64,000 nucleotides of DNA from the NCBI RefSeq assembly GCF_009914755.1, contig NC_060938.1, one strand, 5' to 3'. Under the pieces are notes generated by a model. It did no database searches. It was not told where the DNA came from and was given only the letters and a program-made list of their open reading frames with translations. This document shows positions 1 to 19,095 of this stretch, piece by piece. Both the position numbers and the translations under genes were made by a program. Each line of letters begins with the position of its first letter. Positions within the stretch are counted from its first letter, which is position 1. The DNA comes from the human T2T-CHM13v2.0 reference genome, Homo sapiens.

Positions 1-721
1 AGTTATCCTGTACTTGCTCCACCATTGTGCATTTGGTGTTTGTTAAGGCAGATAATTTTTCTTTTTTAGTTTATAGCTCTTGAGATTACAAGGAACTGTA
101 CGTAAGGGGCTGTATTTGAGGAACTGTACCCAAGAAGTTCATCCATACCTGGACCTCAAGCCTCAGCCTGATGTTGTAGGTCTTGAGGGAGTGCATGAGT
201 GTATTTTGCTGCTGTGGCTAGAGGGTGGACTGTGGTATTTTGCATTTTCCAAAACTGACCTCAGCAATATTTGTGGTCCCACATGCTCTTCTAAACTTTG
301 TCACTTCCCAACAAGAGTTAGAGTTTATTTCCCCTCCCCCTGAACCTGGGCTGTACTTTGCACTGTTGAATAGAATGTGGTGGGAGTGAAACTATGGGAC
401 TTCCAAGGTGAGGTCATAAAAGATAGTACTGCTTCTGCCTAGCTCACTCAAGAACCCAGCCCCCATAGTGTGAGGAGGCCTAGGACAGTTACAGAAGCCA
501 TGTGTAGGTGTTCTGGCTCCAGCAAAAGTCTTATCTGACAACATCAACTACATGTTAGTGGGTGAGTATTCGTATGATTTTAGTCCCCAGACTTTGAGAC
601 ACCCTAGCTGATGCTGAGGGGAGCAGAGATGAAGTATCCCCCTGAGACCTGTCCACATATTGTTGTTTTGGGTTACTAAGTATTGGAGTAATTTTTAAAT
701 ATAGCCATAGTAACTGAAATA
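1..721 (+). mobile_element. MaLR element: 3' end of MLT1 internal region (1-230) plus MLT1G/H-type LTR (231-721)
   Basis: Purine-rich PPT-like 'gagggtggac' followed by LTR start 'tgtggtattttgcattttccaaaa...cccacatgctcttcta'; LTR ends with the MLT1-type terminus 'tgttgttttg...actaag...atagtaactgaaata'. Confidence 0.65.
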
Positions 722-1612
722 ATTAGGTTCATAGTTTTTAGGTTTATTTTTATGTTAACTTTTGGTAATAAAATTATGTTGGCTTTGTGAAATGAATTGG
801 GAAACATTTCATCTTTTTATTTGGTATGAAATAATTTAAATAACACTATAAATACCCATTCTTTAAAAGTTAGGTAAAACTCAGATTTAAAGGTTTTTTT
901 GGGTATAATGCTATTATTACTATTGTTATTTAAAATAATGGTTACCTTTCCATTTTTTTCTTTGCTAATTAGTCATTTTGGGTCTGCTTCTTGGTTCAAT
1001 TTGGATTATTTGTATTCTCTAGGAAATTGTACATTTTTCTTTATTCCTAGTCTTGCTAATATTTTTTTCCCTCTTATATTTTTAAGCAGTACCATAAAGG
1101 GTTTATTTATATTTTTAGTTAAAAAAACTCTTGGAATTATTTATCAATTCTACTACTTTTTCCCCTTATATCACCAATTACAACTGTTCATTCATCAACT
1201 CATTCACTCTTCGCTTTTCTTAAAAAAGTTCAGGTAAACATGATAATGTTTCTGCAGTTTCATTCTTCTTCGTAATGAAAGGATTTAGGGGCATAAATTT
1301 TTATCTAACTGTGGCTATTGCTGGGTTCCATACATTTTTATGTAAAGTATTTACCTTTTCAGTAGCCTCTAGAGTATTTGTAATTTTTCTCTTTGATCAA
1401 AACTTAATTTTGAAGTCATTACGATGTTTCAAGCTGTTTAAAAATTATTTGTAATATTATTGTATTATGATCAATGACTATGGCCTGTTACATGTTTACT
1501 TTGAAATATTTGTTATGGTTTACTTTGTGGAAATTTCTATAAAACTATGAGCAAATATAATTCTTTCATTAAGGAAAATAAGATTCTATACATAGGTAGA
1601 AAACAAATCTTT

Positions 1613-5283
<3,671 letters not shown>

Positions 5284-5296
5284 AAAACAAATCTTT

Positions 5297-6820
5297 GAAA
5301 TAAAACTTCAGTAGATGGATTTAAGGAGAGTCACTATGGAGACCTGTGACTATGGAGTGTCACTATAGGTTGGAAAAATTAGGAGGAAGAAATATCTAAA
5401 AACTAAGAAGAAATACATATAGAGAAGTAAATTATGATGAAGATATTTGACTCAAGATTCTTTTCCATAGCCTTTCCTTGAAATTGCTGGAGCTTGTGCA
5501 TCATCAAAATAATGGCATAAACCAAGGAAGAAGAAAACAAAATTGAGGAAATGGGATCCAACACAAAAGAGAGACAACAGGATTAATTGAGTGTTGGTGA
5601 AAAGCCACAGCCTGTAAATAATGCAGTTCGAACTGAAATAGACCAGGAGGCTCAAGGAGAGACTTCTTCAAGAAGATAAAATTGATAGAATGCCTAAGGA
5701 GTTTGAGTGCATTGAGAATAGATTCATATCAGTTCTGGAGAACTGGGTGGATACATTAATGTTAAGTACATAGAAAAGTTAAAAATGAAAAAAATTCTCA
5801 ATTCTAGGGAAAATAATCATAGTAAACTACATGTTTTAGTTACCAATAGTGTTTACGTAGTCAATATAAACAATGGGCATTGATATAAATAATGTATGTT
5901 GATCTGCTATAACAAGGTAAAATGCTATTGGGGAAACAAGATAACCTGTGTGTGTGTGTGTGTATGTTTGTTGAAATTATTGCTTTTATATGGAAAAGAT
6001 TTAAATTATTAGCTTCTGCAATAAATAATATAGATAATAATGCCTATAACTAAAGTTAGTAACAGTATAAGACTATAACAATGTTATTTAGGAATTTGGG
6101 GCAAATACCAAAAACCAGCAAAAAGAGTTGAAAGCAATTCAGGGAGTGAGAAATTTGAAGTGTGGGGGGATCTAATTTTTTCATATCTAACCTTGTAGAA
6201 GTTTTAAATGATGCACATGTGTAACTCTGCTAAAAATAGCCCCCTAAATTATAAATAAAAGGAAATCATGGGATAAGACAGACCAAGAGGTGTAATATTA
6301 GGAGTTCTAGGAGGTTAAAAAAAAAAGAAAATGTGAGAGAAAATAGTATGATTATATTAGAAGAAACCTACATCTGCAACTTGAAGAGTGCCCCAGTCTC
6401 TCTAATCCAAGCTTTATTTAGGATGGATGAGGAAAAAAAGGTAATAGGCATATTCCTATAAAATTTTCAGACTCCAAAGATAATGATAAAATCTTACAGG
6501 GTCCAGATAGAAAAAAAACGTTAGTTGGAAAGGACAAATAATCAGACATACATTACATTTCCTGTGTGCACTTCTTGAGACTGGAATGTGGTGGTTTAAT
6601 GGTAGTAGACCAGAAGATTACACCCATGAATCTTAGGCTAGGCTAAGCTAAGCTATCAGTTACCTCTTAGGGAGAAAGATGTTTGCAGATGTGTGAGAAT
6701 TCAGAGATTAGAGAAGTCTTGAGAAAATATACCAGTCAACAAAAGGGCTTGAACAGTGACTCTAGGATATGAGAAGATAATGAAGGGAAATAGTGGTAAG
6801 CAATAATCTTGGCAGTATAC
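5297..6820 (+). mobile_element. Ancient degraded L1M/HAL1-like sequence
   Basis: A-rich purine-biased sequence with faint ORF1-like motifs; no clean landmarks. Confidence 0.35.
5946..5963. repeat. (TG)n microsatellite
   Basis: tgtgtgtgtgtgtgtgt seen directly. Confidence 0.85.
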
Positions 6821-6829
6821 ACGATTTTC

Positions 6830-9183
<2,354 letters not shown>

Positions 9184-9489
9184 CAATCTTCAATCTCAGT
9201 GGTTAATGACCAACTGTTGGCAAATGTTTTCTGTAAATTTTAAAGAAGTTTTCTTTTTTTCTCCTCCGGCTTTGAATTTGAAATCTTTCAAACACATATA
9301 ACATTTGAAAGACTGTTATGTAGTTTCACCAATTTCTCTTGTGGAATTTCTCTTCTAATTCAGGTATACTCTTTGGAGATGGCTCATTCCAGAGCAGGAG
9401 GGATAGAAAGTAAGCCTGCATTTTTTTTACTTGCCAGAAAGTAAGGAAATGCTCAAAGACAAATGGACACATGTCAAAAGGGCAGAGAG

Positions 9490-11640
9490 CACATGCAGGA
9501 GATTGATTGGAGAGTACTTTTCATAAGATCACCTGTAAGGGAGCGAGCAAAGCAGCACTGGCAGAGGAAGTTGAGTTGTGATGCAGTTCATCTTGTGCAC
9601 ATGGAGAGTTCTGGACCTAGGATGACCCTTCAGAGTGTTCTGAATTGGGTCAATTGAGCTGGGCCCTTATACCCAACATGGACCAGTCATTTGAAGTGGG
9701 CTTCCCCTAGAGAGGGGACATACCCTTGGGTGAGGAAGCTCCTTTCATAGAAGGCAATTCCTGGAGAGATGCCAGTTGTGAGCTCCCACATGCAACATTC
9801 TTACAGCTGGGGAAGAGTGCATTGGTACTAAAGTAAGTCCTGGACAGTACACCCGAGCAATCCCTACCATCGTTCACTAGCTTCATAGAATATATTCACC
9901 CCATCTGGGAACAGAAGCTCTAGTATTCTGATTGGTCTCTTTTTCTGGAAATACAGAGGAGAGTAAGTAGGATTTATTCCAGTCTCTTTCATTACACCTT
10001 GTCTTCAGGCCACAACTAATACTCATTGTCTCCTTCTGCTACTGATTCTAGATTTCCCCTTACCCTTGACTAACGCCTCTACTGATCTAAGCCACTTACC
10101 TTGTGGGTCCCTGAGGCCCTTGTTACCACGCTTTCCTGAGGCTGTGACTGTAGAATTTGTTCATTTCCTATCAAAATTGGGCAAAGGAGTATGAAGAGAT
10201 ACCCTTCATTTATACCCTTCATATGGCAAACATAATGTGTTCATTACCTGGGTGATAAAAATATGCTTCCCCATACTCACCATGTGGCAGAAGCTCCACT
10301 TTTTCCTGATAATCAAGGTCTATTAGCCCTACATAGATGGTGACTCCTTTTCTTGCCCTCTGGTCTCTTGGCCCAAAATGTATGAAATGACCAGGTGGCA
10401 GTTGCAGCTTACAGTTTAACGGGCTGTGTCCACTGATGGGACCAGGACCTCTAGATTAATTGAACCTAGCATTCAGGGATGAGAAATAAAAATGAAAATT
10501 GCTAAATGGGTCATTGGGAATGACAGCAAGTGGGGCCATTCCTGCTGCTCCCCTTAGTTTCCTGTCTGCATTTTACCTATTGCAGATGCAGTCACTATGT
10601 AATGTTTTTTGATTTCAGGTATAACCTCATCCTGGAGCAGGGCACCCTATCGTCAGATGGTATCATCTTTAAGGGGTTGTCTCAGCCATGCCTTTAGAAT
10701 TACCTTTCATTGCTTGTCATGCTGGAAGCTTCTGAATGTTGCATTTTGTGATAGAAACAGTGGGTACCATGGTCATGTGCTCACATCTCCTTTGCGGTAA
10801 AGAAAAGGATCACTCATTAACATCCACCAGATAACATTCTCCATGAAAGCACCAAATAAGTAAGTATACAAAATACTAACCAATTGAAATTATCCAGCTT
10901 CTGTCATTGGCCCCCTTAGTGCTGGCATAATGGACAAAGCAGCCATGGTGACAGGGATGGAGGCTATGCCCGGGCCCAAAAGTATGAGTTCTCTCTCACC
11001 AAAGCTGAACTAGCTACTGCTGTGCTCACACCGTGGTCATATGCTCACATCTCCTTTGCTGTAAAGACAGTCCCTTGGTCCAAGACAATGTTATGTGGAA
11101 TATGGTTAAAGTGAACCAGAAACATAAGTTCTCAGGTAGTGGTTCTGGCTAAGGGTCTGCAGGCAGAAAGGTCAAATCCATGTTGTAATATATGTTGATT
11201 CTTGTCAAAGTGATTTATTTCCACTTTCAGAGTGGAGAGGGTCCAGTGTAATCCATTTACCAACAACTGTCTCGTTAATTTCTTTGAGGGAATGTGCTAT
11301 ATTGGGGGCTCAGCTTTGTGTCTGTTACTGGTAGGTTAGATAATCTGTAGTAGCATAGCAGTAGCTAGTTCAGCCTTGGTGAGAGAGAGCCCATACTGTT
11401 GGGCCCATGCATAGCCTCCATCCCTGTTGCCGTGGCTGCTTTGTCCTAAATTATACTAGCACTAAGACGGCCAATGACAGAAACTGGATAATTTCAGTTG
11501 GTTAGTATTCTGTATACTTACTTGTTTAGTGCCTTCTTCATGCAGAATGTTCTCTGGTGAGTGTTAATGAGTCACCCAAAGATCTTCATACTTTATGTTT
11601 ACCCCCCTAGGTCCATTCTCATGCCCCTTTTCCAGGAAAA
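9490..11640 (-). mobile_element. Old ERVL-class LTR (~9490-9870) plus ERVL-like internal sequence
   Basis: LTR-like 'gaccagtcatt...gggcttcccc...cccttgggtgaggaagctc'; downstream sequence resembles ERVL pol/dUTPase-region relics ('gcagccatggtgacagggatggaggctatg'). Confidence 0.55.
10812..11572. repeat. ~215-bp inverted repeat (10812-11026 vs 11352-11572) plus 38-bp direct repeat (10766-10803 / 11030-11067)
   Basis: Arms align by eye as reverse complements with scattered mismatches; see findings. Confidence 0.92.
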
Positions 11641-11807
11641 CCAATTAAGAGACTTGGCAGTCTTTTAGATGAGAGTCGAGGCCCTGAGCTAGCAGAGCGG
11701 CAGTGAGAATATAAATAAACAATGATATATGAGTGGAATTTTAAGTTAGGCTTGTGACATTTTGGAGACCTTAAAGTTCCTAATCTGATTGATTAGGAAG
11801 ATCAGAA

Positions 11808-12126
11808 GTTTGTTTGTTTGTTTGTTTGTTTGTTTGTTTATTTGAGATGGAGTCTTGCTTTGTCACCTAGACTGGAGTGCAATGGCGCAATCTCAGCTTA
11901 CTGGAGCCTCCGCCTCCTGGGTTCAAGTGATTCTCCTGTCTCAGCCTAATGAGTAGCTGGGATTACAGGTGCTCACCACCATTCCTGGCTAATTTTTTTG
12001 TGTTTTTAGTGGAGATGGGGTTTCACATTTTGGCCAGGCTAGTCTTGAACTCCTGACCTCAAGTGATCCGCCTGCTTTGGCCTCCCAAAGTGCTGGGATT
12101 ACAAGCATGAGCCACAGCGCCTGGCC
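11808..12126 (-). mobile_element. AluS (Sx/Sz-like) with (TTTG)n tail
   Basis: Full Alu; 'cctgacctcaagtgatccgcc'; tail expanded to a (gttt)n microsatellite. Confidence 0.93.
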
Positions 12127-12149
12127 AATTTATTTATTTTTAATTTCTC

Positions 12150-13850
12150 ATTTATTTTTAATTTGGATAGGAGAACCTTATTTCTCAGAAAGGGTTGTAG
12201 CCTACAGGGTGGCCATTCTGACAGGCTAGGAAGTGTAGCCTCCGGCCAGAAGCCATAAACAGATACTTCAAGGGAGGGGCAAAGAGCAGGAATTTTTGCT
12301 GAGCAGGATGGCCAAATATACATATTTAATAAGTTATAGGAGGAGTCATAAGTATTTATGAAAGGAGAAACATGTGCATGCACAATTGAGCTTCATACTC
12401 CTTCACGGGTCCCATGTACAAAAATTGTCAGTGTTAGCGTGATCTGAGGGTGGAATTGTCGGTCCTCTGATGCCAAAAGGTGAAGCAGAGGACATTAAAA
12501 CCCTTATGTACATTCTTCGTAGATTGGCCAGAACCACTCCATCATCATTGGTCTCTTATCGGGTGAAAAGGAGGGGAAGCATCAGGCTGTTGGTTGATAT
12601 CAGTGGTGTAGTCTTTTGAAAGGGCTGGTTTCTGCTAAGCCCTTAGGGAAGAAAGGCTAATTATGGTTAGCAAGGTAGCGAGTATAACAACATGTGTCTG
12701 ACCTCTCCATCCCATCAAGACTGAGAACTCAGTTTTCAAGATTTCTCTGGGGTTCCTTTGGCCAAGAAATGGTCTGTTTAATCAATTGAAGGGGCTTAGA
12801 ATTTTATTTTTAGTTTACATTCTCTCCCATTTGGCCAAGACCTGCCAGACTTTTCTTTTGTCCCATATCATTGCTGGGGTGATGTGGCTACCTGCTGCAG
12901 GTCCATCCTGTCCCTCAGTGGGACCCTTGTGACAGAGGGACTTAGAGCCAAAAGACTTACAGCCAACTAAACATTTTATGCCAGATGAGAATGGAGGTGG
13001 GCAGGTAACCATCAACACTTAAAACCTTTTAAGCAACATAAGAGCCAAAAACCAAAGCCAAAAAGTAAGGTTATAAAAGTGACTTACCAGTTCTATGCAC
13101 TGAGCTACTACAATCTTGGTGTTAGTTACAGACTTGTAGCCGTTAGCTATATAAAACATAAGCATTTTGCTAAAACCATTTTAAGCTAAGGAATTTAGAG
13201 ATTTTGTTGTTCTGCAATGCCTTTTGCAATCTCTTAAGTAATTTATCTTAAGGTGGCTGAAAAATTTCTTATTATATCATTATTTGTGTGAACCCCGTAA
13301 CTGGGAACAACTATACTGAGAAGGCTTTGTCACCAGGTGTCTTGATATTCTCTTAGTAATTCTCATTTACTTCTATGGAAAGCAGGAAATTCTTTATGGT
13401 TGGATGGATGGAAAGGGACCACAAGATGGCTCAGGAGGAAAAGTCTCTCAAAAATTTGCCAGCTCTTTAGGCAATCTGTGTGCCTGTCCTTGATTTGGAG
13501 AGTCTGAACTAATTCTGTCCCTCAAAACTGGCCCTTACAATCTCACACACCCACCTTTTCCCCCATAGTCTCTGGGCCTAGAGAGAGGGTGCATCTGTTG
13601 TTTCAGCAGCAAGGCAATGACAATGAAAAAAAGATTGGGTCCAATAAGATTGCAAATGAGGGACATTCACAGCCTTTGTAGAATCATCTCTGGTTTTTAC
13701 AATATCATGATTCTGGTTTTCTCAGAAGAAGTAAAACAGTGAGAGATAAATAACATTAATAATTTGACAATCAAAAGAGAATGTGTATGTCAGAATGGAA
13801 AAAGGAACCTATTCTGTTAGGGAGACAACTAAAACCATCATGCAGAAATT
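12150..13850 (-). mobile_element. ERV1 MER4-group LTR (MER66/MER83-like, ~12150-12818) plus adjacent internal sequence
   Basis: Minus-strand LTR start 'tgtaaactaaaaataaaattctaagcccc' preceded by PPT 'tgggagagaa'; MER4-int-like sequence beyond it. Confidence 0.65.
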
Positions 13851-14689
13851 AATTTTAATTGAGACAAAAGATTTAGGAAAAAGTTGCTCTGTAGGTTGGA
13901 GACACAAATTTTATTTTAGACCAGCAGACTATTAGAAATGCTGGTACAAAACTCAAGAAAGGAGTCAGAATTAAAGACAAACACATAGCTGTGTCATAAT
14001 CCTACCCATTTTATAACTGAGAAATATGGGAGAAAAGATTGTTGTCGCCTCTCTAATATACCCATTATAATCTTCAACCTGCTGAGTACTGGGGGATTAG
14101 GATCATGGGGGAACAAACAGATAAACAACAGCTAACACAAGAAAATGGATTTAATCAGGTTTAAAGCTTAGTCTTATGTAAGAATTTAAACATTTCGTTT
14201 CAATAATGCTTAGTGTCTTGGAATAATTGCTCAGGGTCTCAGATAGCTTCTCTTCCTAAGACAACATCTAAGTATGTGGTGCTGGGGTGGCTTCTATGAT
14301 GTTACAGCTTAAGGAAGGCAGGATTCCCAGATTTGCATATTATCCCAAGGCTCCTCTGGTTGCCATGGCGATGTCCTTTGTTTGCTGGCTGCTGCTGCTC
14401 TCTCTCAGCATTTGGATTGCTTCTCCCACAGTTTGGTCAGAGCCTAGTGATGCTGCTGGTTGACAAAGCTTCTGGTATTGGGGAGCCCTCTGGATATGAG
14501 CTGGAGTCAGCTCAGGCTGGGTGGCTCACTCTGAGCCTCCATCTTCACTTCCACACAGAAGTCTCACCTGGCAAGCTCCCTAGCAAGATACTCTAGGGCT
14601 GACATTTGCCCACCTTGGGAAAGCTAAACTCATAGGCTCAGGTGCAAAGTTATTTTGATACTTTCTTGGTTATTTGCCTTTTAATTTGT

Positions 14690-14836
14690 TTAGTATCTAT
14701 CACTGGCCGCCCTCCTTCCTCTAACACATACACACACTAGAATATAAGCTCATGATAATGGGGATCTTGTAATTCTTGTTCATTGCTGAATAACAAGCTC
14801 CAGGAAAAGTACCTGTCACATCATTGGCTAATAATA
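14690..14836 (+). mobile_element. L2 3' end
   Basis: 'ctagaatataagctc...gttcattgctgaat...gtacctgtcaca...tgttaaatcaatgaa' matches the L2 terminus. Confidence 0.65.
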
Positions 14837-16309
14837 GACCTCTGTTAAATCAATGAAAGGAGGAAGGACAAAAATAATAGATGAAATCCCTAAGGAAGAA
14901 CATGTCAAGTGAGAACAAGATGAGGACTAAAGTGTTTAGTACATCTTCTACTTTCTATTTTAGAGGCAGAAGGCAAAAGAGGCTCTAGGGAAGGAAAGTG
15001 AGAACTATTCAAGAGAAGTGTGCAGAGGTTGGGAGTGTAAAATTGGGGCAAGCATGCATCAGTAGACAGAGGTGATCACTGTTGCATAAAGCTTCAGAAG
15101 TTGAGCAGGAGTAACGGAATTGGCAACTTGAAGGTTATTGGTAATTTCAGGGAAAGTGGTACCAAGACATGAACCTGGGAAATTCAGTTTCAAGGAATTG
15201 TGCCATAAAAGGGAGAAGAGAATTGCAGCAGGTGAAGTCTTTTATGAAGATTGAAGTGAAGGGAAGAAGAATTAGGATATGCCACCTGACTCTTCAGAGC
15301 AAAAGACTCACGGAGGATTTTTTTTTTTTTTTTTTTTGCCTCCAAGACAGAAGAGACTTGGTGTATTGGTATGTAGGGAGGAACTGGTGGAGAGGAAAAT
15401 GAGGAAGACTGAAGAAGAAGATGGTTTATGAATTTAGGTCTCAGAACTTGACTGGGAAGGGATGAGATCAGCCTTAGAAAGGAAGATAAGAAAATAAGAA
15501 TGGATGGAAAATAGGAAATCTGAAGCAAGTGGGAGGAAAATAGAAGAATTCACATCCGATTTTGCTCAGTACAAGAGGTGTCCGGCTTATTGGCTAAGAA
15601 TGTGTGTGTGCAGACCCCTGTGAAAATTGCATGGTGAAACAGGGCCATGTCACAAGGTGTGGCTCCTTACTGCCCACACTTCTTTGATCCTTTATTGACT
15701 CAAAGTGAGTGGCCATGCTCCCTGGAGGTTCCTTTAGAGAGAGTGCTTTAAAGAGAGTGCTTTAGACATTCTTGTTTAAATTCAGATAGGAGACTTGGTT
15801 AAGGTCTGAGTGTCTTCTCCCTATAGCGTAATCAGTTTCTAAAGAGAGGCCTGGGTGCCTTAAGGTTCCCTAGAATCAATATGAGGATCTCAAATCTCAG
15901 ACTCAACCCTGTTCATGATTCTGGATTATGTAAGTGATATGAATAATTTCAGTACTACAAATCTCAGGTTTGTCCCTCAGCAATGCTGACTCATTATTAA
16001 ATAAATAAAATTTATTTATGCTAAATTTTCCTTAGTTGATTCTCTTAAGAATATCTTGTTTTAGATTATCTCATGGTAATTAAGAGTTTATGAATTATAT
16101 GCTAATGGGAAAATCTAACTTCACATATCTTCTTTATTCTGATTTCATCTATACGAATTTTGTAAAATGTAATATTGGGCAAGGTAAAAGCCACTCCATA
16201 GACAAGGAATTACATAATGTGTATATTTGGAATTGAAATGTTTATTTAAAATTTTTTATTAATAAAAGTTTATATAAAGTGATGTTTGCTTTGTTTATAC
16301 TTTTTGATC

Positions 16310-16640
16310 ATCAATCATTTATTCATTTATTATATATATATTTATTTTTATATATTATTATATATTTATTAATATTATATATTTATTATATATTTATTAG
16401 TCATCTATGTGCAGGTTCTGTTCCAGGTGCTAGGAATATAAATGCAGAAAAGATGTAGTCCCTGAATCTTAGGAGTTTATGGTCTAGTTATGGGAGACAG
16501 TATAATCAAGTAATCAACTAAGTACAATGGATAGTGTATGTGCCCAAAAAAGAGAGTTGTCAATTCTGGTTAAGAAGGATGGGAAACCTCTATAAAGGAA
16601 GGTTTTACTGTTGAAATGGTGTCTGAATTCTGAAGGGCTA
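16310..16640 (-). mobile_element. L2 3' end with AT-rich low-complexity expansion (16330-16398)
   Basis: 'tcatttattcattt...tttattagtcatctatgtgcagg...gtgctagg...gtccctg...ggtctag'. Confidence 0.6.
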
Positions 16641-16813
16641 CAAGTTATCTTCATTAGATTACTATTAGAGGATAAAATTTCGCTGGCAAAGAACTCATCT
16701 TATGCAAATTTGTGTTCCCATACAAGGGAAGAATTTGTCAGTAAATAAAAGATAAAGGCTTCCAAAGAATCACGAAGTTTAAAATTATAATAAAAGGTTT
16801 TTTTTAACCAATA

Positions 16814-16827
16814 CCAGTAGGTGGCAG
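16814..16827 (+). promoter_or_regulatory. Candidate CTCF binding site
   Basis: CCAGTAGGTGGCAG closely matches the CTCF core CCASYAGRKGGCRS and lies in non-repetitive sequence; motif match only. Confidence 0.55.
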
Positions 16828-17379
16828 TGTAACCTCATTAAAAAAAGACCGATGTAAGGATGAAAATGACTTTCCTGATTTTCCAGTCCTGATAATGAGG
16901 GTCTTCTGGGTTAAAAATGGATAAGAAAAAGTGGTTTTGAAATTTTTTCTCTGCAGGGCAGCTTTTCCTTGAATAAGCTGCTGTCTCATTCCTCCCCTGC
17001 TTCTCATTCATCCTGAAAGATCTACATAAAATTGACTTGGACACCTCCCCTTCCAAGGCCTGTGGGAGTCAGAAATCCTTCTCAAGATTTCTGCACGGCA
17101 CTGACCCAGAAACAAAACTAAGCTCCCTGCTTGATGTCCACTAAAAGCCCATTCACATAAAACATTCATGATTTTAAGTGCCTTTAGTGAAGATTTGAGG
17201 AAAGGATAGCAGCAGAGTGTATACAGCAGCAACAAAACAACCTCTAATGGATCAGGCAGCCTCTCTTGTCTCAAAATGTTCCTTGGCCACCCACCACTAT
17301 GGAATTTTACTGAATTTCTTTTTGTCAGCCTTTCTCTATCTAGTTGGCTCCTCTTTTTCCCTGCTCAGCCCTGTAATTT

Positions 17380-17562
17380 CAATTTTTTTCTCTCTTCTCC
17401 ATTCCTTCTTCACTCTACCTCTTTCTTCTTTTCTTTACCTCCCTTTTCCCTCCTCTTCCCTCCCTCTTGCTCTTTCTTTCTCCCCTCCAAACCCACCAGT
17501 GTGCTCTGTGGTAGTGAGCCCTTCACTTAACAAAATCCCTCCTCTTTCTCCTCCTCCTCCCC
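17380..17562. repeat. Polypyrimidine/polypurine (CT-rich) low-complexity tract
   Basis: Nearly pure C/T on the + strand over ~110 nt (17380-17490), plus a second short tract. Confidence 0.8.
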
Positions 17563-17858
17563 ACCATTGCCAAAAGGCAGCAGTGCCAGTTTATTACCCT
17601 GAAACAGAAAGCACGACAGTAATTTCAGTGTAATAAAAATGCTTTAAAAAACACTTCCCTGCAGATTTTTTTTAAATTAAGAAAATTGTGGTGGTTGCAG
17701 GTTTTTGCTAAGCAGGGTATTAATGAGTTTGTTAATATTCTCTACTCCTCCATCCATCTTCCATTTGCCTAGAAAATAAATCCCAGTTACTATCTGACTA
17801 TCAGTATTTACCTTATTTGCCATTGATGTTGTTTTTGTTTTGTTTTTCCTTTAGGGTT

Positions 17859-18234
17859 TGTCTTGGTCCATTTTATGCTGCTATAACAGAACACCACAGA
17901 CTGAGAAATTTATAAGGAATAGAAGTTTATTTGCCTCATGTTTCTGGAGGCTGGGAATTCCAAGATCAAGGGGCTGCATAGATTGAGGTCCTTTTTGCTG
18001 ACTCATAACGTGGAAAGAGAGTGCACTGCATAGAAGAAAGGAGGCCAAACTCATTCTTTTATCATGAGCCTACTCCTGAAATAACTCACTCTCAAGATAA
18101 TGGCATTAATCCATTCATGAAGGCAGAATACTCATGATGTAATCACCTCTTAAAAGGTCCTATTTCCTAACACTGTTGCATTAGGGATTAAGCTGTCAAC
18201 ACATGAATATTGGGGGACACATTCAAACCATAGC
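17859..18234 (-). mobile_element. MST-type MaLR solo LTR (MSTC/D-like)
   Basis: 'tgtcttggtccattttatgctgctataacag...gggggacacattcaaaccatagca' is the reverse complement of MST LTR termini. Confidence 0.85.
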
Positions 18235-18997
18235 AAGAGTTCTTTGTCTTTGTGACTCGGTGTGGTTCAGCAAATTGCGATTGGTCTGCTATAGCGGACT
18301 TTCCCCTCACCTCCCAAATGTTTATTATGAAAAATTTCATTTTAAAGAAAGGTGGAAGGAATTGTTGAAAGAATATGTCATCTAGTTTCTACTGTTGTTA
18401 ACATTGTGTCATATTTGCCTTTTCATCCATCCAACCACCCATCCATCTAGCTACCTTATAATTACTATTATTACTTATTATTACTATTATTTTTAAAGAC
18501 ACCTCTATTAAAGCAACCATCTTATTTTTTGATTTTATTTATTTTCAAAGTTAGTTGCAGACATTAGTATACTTTACTCCTAGACATTTTAGCGTGAACA
18601 TAATTAACTGGAGTATAATACTTGTTTTCAATTTCTTTTTATTTTTGAGGTAAAATTTACATACAGTGAAATCCAAATCTTAAGTGTACCACTAGATAAA
18701 TTTTGATAAATGCATTATGCCTGGTCTTCACACACCCTTTTCAATATATAGAAAATTTCCAGATAATTTATTTTGTTGTTTTTTTCACACACTAAGTTCT
18801 AGACTTTTCCAGGTCCGAGGGAACTATTAGGGGGGAAAGTACTTGTTATAGTAAAAAAGATTTTAGGTGTGTTTGTTTTTAAGGTGCAGAAACACATCGC
18901 AGATTAAGGTCTGCATCTCTGCTTTTTGTTATTGTTCCAGTTTGATCTCAGTGACATTACAAGCAAGCAGAAACACTCAGACATGAAATGGCCAGTG

Positions 18998-19095
18998 CCT
19001 GTGAGTTAAGAGCAGGATCTAGGTCTATTTTTTTGATATGTATCTCAACTACCTGGAATACTTTATACTTTTGGCACTCAATAAATATTTGTTGC
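18998..19095 (+). mobile_element. L2 3' end fragment
   Basis: 'ctgtgag...gagcagg...ggcactcaataaatatttgttg'. Confidence 0.6.

Noticed and set aside
14040-14660. Possible additional ancient LTR
   Set aside because: Could not identify termini or family with enough confidence
17217-17633. 138-aa S/P/F/L-rich ORF
   Set aside because: Translation of a polypyrimidine tract, which lacks stop codons by composition
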